Shown here in pieces: positions 1 through 10,007 of a stretch of DNA of 37,263 bases. The stretch comes from Octopus bimaculoides (Eukaryota). Within the stretch, counting starts at the first letter, position 1; each line of letters begins with the position of its first letter. The translations under genes and the position numbers were made by a program. Location of the stretch: contig NC_068983.1 of assembly GCF_001194135.2 (NCBI RefSeq), positions 4,387,405 through 4,424,667 of the forward strand, in the 5' to 3' direction. A model generated the notes under the pieces. That model was not told the origin of the DNA, ran no database searches, and was given only the letters and a program-made list of their open reading frames with translations.

Positions 1-399
1 AAAACTTTTAAAAAATTTTCTGATTTTCTTTCTTATTCTCTCAATGAATGAGTTGCTATTACTAGGGATGATGAATAAAGCATCATCTCTATATAGACCA
101 CCTTTTAGTTCAGGGATTTCTTTGTTTAAGCAATATAAGAGGTAAGTCCCTACTAGGTTTGTAACCTCAGCTGAATCGCTCGATCCCATTGGTATATCAA
201 AATTTTCTGGGGTATCGGCTCTCGTCCAGAGCTTGTTATCAAATTCTATAATGGTTTTTCTAGCCAATAAAATAATGTCTATCTTATCCCTAGTAATGAG
301 GGAGCGATTCATAGTAAAAATGAGGGCTTTATTTAGGAGAATAGGGGATATGCTAGAGTAATAATTATTTATATCAAACTGAATAAACGAGAAGTTTAT
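1..399 (-). mobile_element. Penelope-like element reverse transcriptase fragment (Naiad-like), open frame running off the window start
   Basis: Stop-free frame from 399 to 1: SFIQFDINNYYSSISPILLNKAL...ARKTIIEFDNKLW...FDIPMGSSDSAEVTNLVGTYLL...GLYRDDAL. YRDD is at 93-82. The motif set FDIxxxYxSI, MGSxDxAE and GLYRDD is typical of PLE RTs. Confidence 0.85.
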
Positions 400-410
400 A
401 TATATATATA

Positions 411-592
411 CAAATGTATTACTTTCCAGTAAAACAAAGCACCGTAAAGGTAGAAGTATAAATATAAATACAGATCAGTGCTACAAGAAGGCACCAATAT
501 TTACTGGAAATAGCAGTCGGCACAATTACGAAGCTATATATTTGTACTTCTACCTTTACTGTACTTTATTTGACTGGAAAGTAATACATTTG
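411..592. mobile_element. MITE with about 56 bp terminal inverted repeats and TA flanks (Tc1/mariner type)
   Basis: CAAATGTATTACTTTCCAGT...GTAGAAGTATAAATATA (411-466) is the near-perfect reverse complement of 537-592. TA at 409-410 and 593-594. Confidence 0.8.
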
Positions 593-978
593 TATTGTAA
601 TATTTTATTTTTCATTGGAAACTTTTTCACTGTTCTCGTTCTGTTAAAAATCTAAGCGTTCAGGTGAGTGTACTTGGCATTGATGTAGTAACATAGCAAC
701 AGTTGAAATATTGTACAGGTAAATGCAGCTGATGAAGACTAATCAAATTTACGTTGACAAACGTATTTGAAGAGTCCGACACCTAGGTATTGCATTATCC
801 GATTCTGGGTTGTCCATCTATCAAATGTTCTTCCTAGAGGTAAGACAAATTATTCATGTTTGTTGCACTCACATGTCTTTGCCAGTATATATGCAGTGAA
901 GCTTTACTATAGTGTCATAAATGTATCAACTGCTATTTCCAGTAAATGTTAGTGCCTTCTTGTACCACTAATCTGTAG

Positions 979-1047
<69 letters not shown>

Positions 1048-1049
<2 letters not shown>

Positions 1050-1290
1050 GTGCTTGAGAAGAAGACCCATCGAGCTGAGCAAAACTACAGTTGTGAGTTG
1101 TGGCATATAAAAGCACCTATTACATTCTCAGAGTGGTTGGCATTAGGAAGGGCATGCAGCTGTAGAAACTCTGCCAAATCAGACTGGAGTCTAGTGCAGC
1201 CTTCCAGTGTGCCAACCCTGGTCAAACCATCTAACCCATGCCAGCATGGACAATGGACATTAAATGATGATGATGATGATGATGATGTGT
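1048..1290 (+). mobile_element. Abundant RTE-tail SINE / 3' RTE remnant family with (TGA)n tail
   Basis: Shared core GAGTGGTTGGCATTAGGAAGGGCATCCAGCTGTAGAAACT...AAACCGTCCAACCCATGCCAGCATGG...CGTTAAATGATGATG. Approximate other copies: 3960-4495(+), 4081-4375(-), 6700-7165(+), 8960-9070(+), 10850-11275(+), 11825-12040(+), 15880-16060(-), 19200-19375(+), 19570-20060(-), 21270-21470(-), 22450-22680(+), 24470-24590(-), 34130-34395(-), 36225-36395(-), 36615-36900(-). Confidence 0.8.
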
Positions 1291-1349
1291 ATGTGTTTGT
1301 GTACAAGTGTATGGGGAGGTGTGAGTGTGTACTAGTGTGAAACCATTAT

Positions 1350-1585
1350 AAGGTGGTGAGTTGGCAGAACTGTTAGCACACCAGATAACATGCTTCCAGG
1401 CATGTAATCAGTCTTTGCGTTCCAGGTTCGAATTACACTGAAGCCAACTTTTGTCCTTTTGGGGTTGATAAAATAAGTACCAGTTGTGCACACGGACGAT
1501 GTAATCGACTTCCCCCCTCCCCCTCCCAGCAACACATTTCAAGCCTTGCACCTATTTCAGAAAGGATTATTATTATTATTATTAT
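1350..1585 (+). mobile_element. tRNA-derived SINE family with central GCCTTTCATCCTTTCGGGGTCGATAAA motif and (ATT)n-type tail
   Basis: Approximate other copies: 14331-14548(-), 16665-16895(+), 20805-20910(-), 25560-25752(+), 31715-31900(-). Confidence 0.7.
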
Positions 1586-1608
1586 CGGTGTGAATGCATC
1601 AAAGAATG

Positions 1609-1706
1609 TCAACAGTGACAGACCTGCTGCATGACACTGTGTAGGATCTTCATTGTTTGGACGGCTAACATTTGGCATTCCGTATCAGGATCGTCTCTGA
1701 CCGTAT
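1609..1706 (-). CDS. TELO2: TELO2 coding exon 19 (DTVRDDPDTECQMLAVQTMKILHSVMQQVCHC*), probable last coding exon
   Basis: Acceptor GTCATTTCAG|; matches remembered human DVAEKDPDEDCRTLA. TGA at 1611-1609. A possible internal donor CAG|GTCTGT at 1623 makes the exact 3' end uncertain. Confidence 0.8.
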
Positions 1707-1737
1707 CTGAAATGACCAACAAACACAAAGGCAATAG

Positions 1738-1773
<36 letters not shown>

Positions 1774-2516
1774 TCCTCCTCTGTGTCACCATCATATATA
1801 CAACCTTGAATTAGACAAGTCTATACTTTAAACTTCATACATCTCTCTCTCTCTCTCTACCTCTCTCTCTTTCTCCCTCTATCTTTCTTTCTACCTCTCT
1901 CTGTCTCTACTGCTCTCTCTCTCTCTACCTTTCTATCTATCACTCTCTCTCTCTACCCCCCTCTCTCTACTTTTCTCTCTCTCTCTCTACTCCTCCTGTC
2001 TCTCTCCTTCCCAGATTCTATCCACCTCTGAAACACACACACAACAAATCACAAAACAAACCATAACACCTCATTTCTCTAAACCAGTGGTTCCCAAACA
2101 TTTTTAAGCTGCCGCCCCTTTGACACCCATCCCACATTCCTAGCACCCCCATCCCCACCCTAACTACCCACCACAAACCTAAACCTCTTTCTGAAGCAAA
2201 TTCAAACCAACTGTATTTCACAAATAAAACTTCATTATTTTGTTGTTTTTACATCAATTTCACCACCACCCCCACTTTGGGCTACCCCATTATCACCCCA
2301 TTTTTCTTCAATGCTCCCTTGGAAGTTTCCACTGCCTCCAGTGGGGGAGGGAGGCCCTACCACCCACTTTGGGACCCGCTGGACTAAAAGGTACCAAGTT
2401 TCCCTAACTTTTAGGATGTGGTTGTTATTTAGGGTAAACATTCTCTACAAACCATCATCATCATCATCATCATCAACTACAGTATACCTTTCACTGTCTC
2501 ACACACACACACACAT

Positions 2517-2550
<34 letters not shown>

Positions 2551-2617
2551 GCCACTTGTTTACTGCATTACTAATGANNNNNNNNNNCCTTTCACTGTCT
2601 CACACACACACACACAT

Positions 2618-2651
<34 letters not shown>

Positions 2652-3033
2652 GCCACTTGTTTACTGCATTACTAATGACAACACTGAGTGTTTGCAGACT
2701 CTGTGCAGAACAAATATCCAAAGGGACTTCATCAAACAAGCAACATTTTTTTTTTTTCCTTTTTGTTTTCTTAGCAATACTCGTTTGTTTTACGTCCGCT
2801 TTTCCATGCTAGCATGGGTTCAACAAATACAAATTAACAAGCCGTCGTTTTACAGTCAGATACTTTTCTGATTGCCAACCTATTCCAGTTTTTCCAAGTA
2901 AAGGAGTTTACATCGTCCTCATCTTGTTTGTTGTTAACACAACATTTCGGCTGATATATCCTCCAGCCTTCATCAGGTGTCTTGGGGAAATTTCAAACCT
3001 GGGTTCTCATTCCTAAGGTATTTTTCAATGTTA

Positions 3034-3093
<60 letters not shown>

Positions 3094-6000
3094 TCACTGC
3101 TTGGAATCGAACTTGGAATCTTGGGGTTAGTAGCCTGCGCTCTTAACCACTATGCCATATGCCCATTGTCCATCACTTTTCTTCCAATCTACAGAGAAAC
3201 AGCTGAATTAGCCCTGTTTGTATATCTACAAAATATAGGGTGTCCACAAAGTCTGGGTACATGGGGATTAACACATACTTTAAGAAATTATTATTTCTTA
3301 TATTTAATTGTTTATGTTATGATTTTATTTACTCCATGTACCCAGACTTTGTGGACAGCCTGTAGTTTCAATGTCTGACACTGTAAAGTATATTAGTCAT
3401 TGGGATCGATGTAATCAACTGGTCCCCTCCCTGTAAATTTCAGGTCTTGTGCCTATGATAGAAAGGATTATTTTTCAAGCCCCTGCCTGAGATTGAACTT
3501 AGAATCTGAAAGTTAGTAGCCCGTGTGCTTATCTCAAAAATATAGAACAGTACGATACCTAATGCCTGATTAAATGATGATGGGTGGTCACAACTAGACC
3601 ACTCCTGATTCTCATAAATCAGGGGTCAAAACGTAAGGTTAAACAAGAGCAATAACTAAATAATGTTATTTTGTGATAAAACTGACCTTGCAGCCATTGT
3701 CTGAAATCGAAACTATCTTCTTCCATTTCTTCCAATAAAACATGGCTGGGCACTGACAGATAAACTGCTGACACACCAAATAAAATGGCTCTTCGAACCG
3801 AACTGCAACAGAATATGAAAACATTATTCAACATCTAAATGTCTTTTAGGGTCTATGTTTTCTTATTACAATTTTTAAAGCTGATTGAAAGCATTTTAGG
3901 CACAAACACACACACACGCACACAAACACACACAAAGCATGGGTTATGGTGTCACTGAAAAGCACTGGTGCCACATAGAAAGCATTGATGTTGGTGCCAT
4001 ATAAAAAGCACTGGTGATGGTGCCATGTAATAAGCAACCAGTACACTCTGTAAAGTGATTAGCATTAGGAAGGGCATCCATCATCGTCATCGTTTAACGT
4101 CTGCTTTTTATGCTGGCATGGGTTGGACGGTTTCACTGGGGACTGGCAAGCCAGGAGGCCGCACCAGGCTCCAATCTGACCTGGCAGGGTTTCTACAGCT
4201 GGATGCCCTTCCTAACACCAACCACTCCGAGAGTGTAGTGGGTGCTTTTACGTGCCACCGACACGAGGGCCAGTCAGGCGGTACTGGCAACGGCCACGTT
4301 TGAATGGCGCTTTTTACGTCTCACTGGCACGGGAGCCAGTCAGGTGGTACTGACAACAACTATGCTCAAAAGATGATCCAGCTGTAGTAACCATGTCGAC
4401 AAAGACAATGGAATCTGGTGCAGCATCTGACTTCTTGGCAAACTGTCCAAACCATGTCAACATAGAAAACAGACATTAAATAATGATGATGATGATATAT
4501 GAGAAGAGGTTCATGTATGTGTGCGTGTGTGTGTGATGGAGGGGAGGCTGGCAAATTGTTAAGTAAATATCTCATGACTCATTTACCTTTGTGGATGATA
4601 ACGAAGTGGCCAAATGAATTCCAAAAGACAACGTCCCATCCGCTTCACAGCCTGAAATACAAATATCACTATTATTTCTCTCAACATCTTTATAACAGCA
4701 AAACCAGTCTGACCCCTGTTGGGTCAGTTGAATAAACTAGCAACACCCCAAATCGGTGTATGTACCCTTCTTTTATTGTTTTCCTTTCACACTAGCTGGG
4801 GACACTTCACTTGATATCCATCCTTCATTATTAATACTGTCCTCTCCACTTACATTTTACATTGATCACTTTCCCGAACCACCAGATTCTCTCTCCTTCT
4901 CCACCACCACATATCCCTCACTTTCCCCACACTTGCAACACACTTCATCTCTCTCCTGTCTACTATATCATTCTGCTGCTCTTCATCACTGGTTCCCCTC
5001 CCCCTGCCATCATCACTGATCACCTACATTCCTTATCCACCATTCACTACATTCACCCCTCAACCCAATTCAATTTCTACACTCCTCAACCCCCAAAAAA
5101 ACTGGCACTCTGTTGGTTACAACGACAAGGGTTCCAGAAGAACCTGCTCGTTAAAATTAGCATGCAAGTGGCTGAGTACCCCACAAAACACATGTACCCT
5201 TAACATAGTTCTCAGGGAGCTTCAGTGTGAAAAAGAATGTAACATGGCTAGCCCCTTTGAATTACAGGTACAAATCATTTTTGCCAGCTGAGTGGACTGG
5301 AGCAATGTGAAATAAAGTGTGTTGCTCAAGGGGACAATCCACCGCTGGGAATTGAACTTGCAACCTTATGATTGTGAGCTGAATACCCCTAACCACTAAG
5401 CCACGCACTTTCACACTTCACCTAAAGCTGACAACCCAGTTCTATCTTCATTATACCTTGAGGATCCACCCAAATACCCCGTCCCCACTATTTGTATCTC
5501 TTGCCACCGCTGTCTGATCCCTACTCTTCTCCCTTTCCCCTACAATGTGAACAGTCGTTATGGCCCTTCTACAGCAAGAAACCTGTTCTGTTCAAGCCCT
5601 TCTCTTATACTTTAACCCTTCAACATTAAGATTACTCTGTCAAACATTAAGCTTCTTTATTCACAGTGTTTTGAATTAATCACACATGATCTTGTAGCTT
5701 TGGGATCTTGATCATATTATTTTTTTACTTTTAGAACGACATGGTAGGGTAGGTGTGAGAGGCTGGATCTGACTAGTTTAAAAATAGAATGGGTAGAATA
5801 TCTGGGTTGGATGAGGCCAGTTTGAATGGTAAAGGATTAAGCCTTTATCTCCAAGCATAAAAGCCTTCCTTTATCATGGGGCTTTGCAATCTTGCAAGCC
5901 ACATGGCAACCTCACTAGAGAAAGAAAGATAGGGGTATATCATGGGGTTTACAGCACTGAACACCAGAGTGAATGTGTGTGTGTGTGTGTGTGTGAAAAG

Positions 6001-6255
6001 AAAGGGGGAGAGAGAGAGAGAATTACCATTGTGTTGACAGCACTGTAGACCACAGTTCCTAGAGTCATGAGAAGTCTTTCCAAAACCATGCAATCTTCTC
6101 CCAAAAGATCCAAACAATTATCTTTCCTGGAATAGATTAATTAACAAGAATTACTAATTATTATTTACTCTTTCTGATAATTTATCACAAATAGAACATA
6201 GGCAGAGGAGTATATATATATATATATAGAATGCATGAAAGAAGGTATATATGCA

Positions 6256-6296
<41 letters not shown>

Positions 6297-6482
6297 TATT
6301 ATAAAATCTGGTAATTAGTCATATATTAATTAATATCGATTAATTATCAGGAGGCCAGCACATCTAAAGAATCAAAGAGATTCAGAAATATTATCTGCAA
6401 TCTCAGGGGATTAAGGTACATTTTAAAAAATAACGTCGACCACTAACGTGGACAATTAATGCGCTAGAAATAGATCACATCT

Positions 6483-6558
<76 letters not shown>

Positions 6559-9500
6559 TATAGAGAGAGTGATACTGAGTGTAGAAAAGAGTATACAAAG
6601 GGTGTGTGGAAGCAGGTATATATACAGTGTATGAAAGAGTGTATAAAGACTGATGTCATGTGACTGAGGACCAGACTATTGGATATTGTTATACATCACT
6701 AGTCACAATGTGCTTTGCATTGTTTCAGCTTTCAAAGGATGCCTTTGGCATCATGTCGTGCTTGAGAAGAAGACCCATCAAGCCAGGAAAAATTGCTGTT
6801 GTGACAGATACCGGTGTCATGCAAATGGCACCCATGCCAGTGGCACATTACACTCTCGGAGTGGTTAGTGTTAGGAATGGGCATCCAGCCTTTTGAGTGT
6901 TGGGCCTCATGGAGGCAATGACTGAATCCATTTGGCATTATGTCATGTTTGAGAAGAAGACCCATCAAGCTGAGCAAGACTGCAGTCTGGGCAGATACTG
7001 GGGTCACACAAATGGCACGTAAAAGCACCCACTACACTCTCGGAGTGGTTGGCATTAGGAAGGGCATCCAGCTGTAGAAACTCTGCCAGACCAGATTGGA
7101 GCCTGGTGCAGCCTTCCAGCTTACCAGCATGGACAACGGAAATTAAATTATGATGATGATGATATATAACAGAGAGTGTATATACTTATCATCATCATAA
7201 TCTTCATCACTATTTTAAAGTTTACTTATCCAGGTTAGAAAGGATCGGAAGAAACTCAAGGAAGTTGGATGAAGGGGTCAGGGAAATATGCCCCTCCCCT
7301 GTTTCGCATAAGACTTTAAGGCACAACTCAATGCTTCCCTGTCAGATTGTAAACATCATCATGGAAAAATACCTTAGGAATGAGAACCCAGGTTTGAAAT
7401 TTCCCAAAGACGCCTGATGAAGGCTGGAGGGTATATCAGCCGAAACGTTGTGTTAACAACATACAGGATGAGGACAAATATCTGTCAGATGTAAATAATG
7501 TAAATAATGTACAGAATTCCTCATCTCTTAAATACAGAATTGTATTCTACAATAAAGCTATGATGTTTACTCACCTATCATAATTTTTAATAAGTGGATA
7601 AAAGAAATGTCCAGCCACCGACGAGAACCGGTTGACCACAACCTCTGGCTGTTGTCGGTTGTGACCTTTACCAAAACGACGGGTCTTGCTGTCGATTCGC
7701 TTCTGAACCACTTCACGCCAATTATACGTAGCTTTCTCTGGTTGAATGAGGGACACTTTTATAGGATTTTCTGTGACATTTTTCTTATCCTTCGCTGATT
7801 TCTTGGGTGAAGCAAGTTGCTGGACTGCAACGGCCAGAACCTAAAATGATGCAATCAAAGAAGCACAAATGATGAGGGTTTTAACTAAAGATGTGACACG
7901 AAAGTGCTTTCAGTAAGAAGTGAGGAGTAGCGGGAAAGGGGGGAAAAAAAAAAATAACATAGGTGTAGGCATGGGTAATACCACACACCCTTGCCTCTGC
8001 CTATGTTTACCTTCCCAACCAACCACATGGTTCTGGGTTCAATCCTACTGCATGGCACCTTGGGCAAGTGTCTTCTACTATAGCCTCAGCCCAACCAAAG
8101 CTTTGTGAGTGGATTTGGTAGACGGAAACTGAAAGAAGCTTGTTGTATATATACATATGTGTGTGTGAGTGTTTTTGTGTGTGTGTTTGTTCCCTACCAC
8201 CAGTGTTGGTGTGTTTACATCCCCGTAACTTAGCAGTTTGGCAAAAGAGACCAACAGAATAAATACCAGGCTTAAAAAGAAAATAAGTCCTGGTGGGGTC
8301 AATTTGTTTGACCAAAATTCTCCAAAGTGGTGCCCCAGCATGGCCACAGTCTAAAGACTGAAACGAGTGAAAGATGTAAAGATAAAGCTTCACCTCCAGT
8401 GTGTCCATCCGTTGACGAATGTTGTAATTGCTTGCATAGACTTGGGACGTCAAATAGGTGGCTGTCTGTAAGAAAGGAAGGAGGGAGGGGGTCGGTTAGT
8501 AATTAATTATGACTGGCAATTAGTGTTTCAGCTATAGTCATCTTTGTCTCTCATGATGATGACGATGATGATGATGAAAATAATGATGACAATGATGATG
8601 ATGATGATGAGGAGGAGGAGGAGGAGGGACGGCAATGACGATGAGAATGGTGATGATGATCTTGCTGATGGTAATGACAATGATGATAATAACGATGATA
8701 ATAACGACACTGATGAGGAGGAGGAGGAGAATTGGTGATGAAAATCATGATGATGATAGTGACAATGATGATGATGATGATGGTGATGATGAATTCCATG
8801 GTGAATATCTAAACACACAGACCTCCCAAAACAATGCCAATCATGACAAGGGTGTGAATGATAATGAGAAATTCATATAAGAAAAATAATTTAATAATTT
8901 GCAGAATCATCAAACCCACATGTGTAAGGCCAAGAAGGAAAAAAGAACCCTATCAAAACAGACGCAGAAGTTTGGTGCAGGCTCCTGCCTGGCCAGCTCC
9001 TGTAAAACCGTCCAACCCATGCCAGCAAGGAAGGAGGAAGTTAAGTGATGATGATGATGATGATGATGTATTGTTGCTGTTGTCGTTCAGCTCTGGGTCA
9101 GTCCATAGTGAGAAGATCTATCACCATTCCATTATCATTCTAGCATTCCTTGATCATTGTGTATCTAAGACTACGTTATTCAATGTTATCTGTCTTCTTC
9201 AAAACAAAGTGTAGTCTGAAGAAGACTTGACTCTTATTTCTAGCAATTTCAACATTCATGTCGAGTTTCTTTTGTTGGTTCTGCAAATATCAATTATAAT
9301 CACACAAAGGAGTAGATTCAACAGACACACACACACACACAATCTCTATGGCTTTGTGACTAATGAAGACATCAATGTTATCAGAACATTCTATGAAGAA
9401 AGGAGACAAGGTGAACATGGCAACAAGGGGACATTCTATAGAACAAAAGACAAAGTAAACAACATGACTTACCTCAACAGGACACTCTACTAAGAGAGCC

Positions 9501-9970
9501 ACAAGAGCCTTAAGTCTACATTCTAACAAACTGCTAAAGGAATGACTTTCCGTCAAGTGAAGAAGTATTTTGGCAAATTCTGCAGCAATCTGTAAATAAA
9601 GTCATGTGACAATGAGTTTATAGTGGCATAGAACAGTAATATTGTGTCACCCACATCAGAGTGTCTGTAACAAACCAGAGTAACTCAACGTACCACACCA
9701 TGGTGATTTAATGCATCACTTAGTAATTACATAGTAGTGGCACAGTGTAACACACAGTAGTAGCACATTAAAATATTACAGTGTTTTTGTATAACTGGCT
9801 GCAGTGTGTTGGACTATGATTTTACAAGGACTTGGTGCAACACACAGCACTGGCACAATGTAACATATTGGAGTGATTCAGTGAAACTCACCTCAACGTT
9901 TAAGTATATTACATCACAGTAACTTAGTGCATGAATGTGTGTGTGTGTGTATGTATATGTATATATATAT

Positions 9971-10007
<37 letters not shown>

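Noticed and set aside
2488-2678. Apparent 90 bp tandem duplication
   Set aside because: The two near-identical copies sit on either side of a 10-N gap, typical of unmerged contig overlap.
4366-4575. DMVWTVCQEVRCCTRFH as the missing TELO2 exon (human VWALRFH)
   Set aside because: It lies in the TGA-tailed repeat; the true exon is 4651-4587 with proper splice sites.
8528-8880. Poly-His/Asp/Met/Ile ORFs
   Set aside because: Translations of a (GAT)n microsatellite in an intron; no splice or homology support.
9886-9935. Possible extra TELO2 exon ending in GAG|GTGAGT
   Set aside because: No acceptor (upstream is TA/CA microsatellite), no TELO2 similarity, and exons 12 and 13 already join collinearly.
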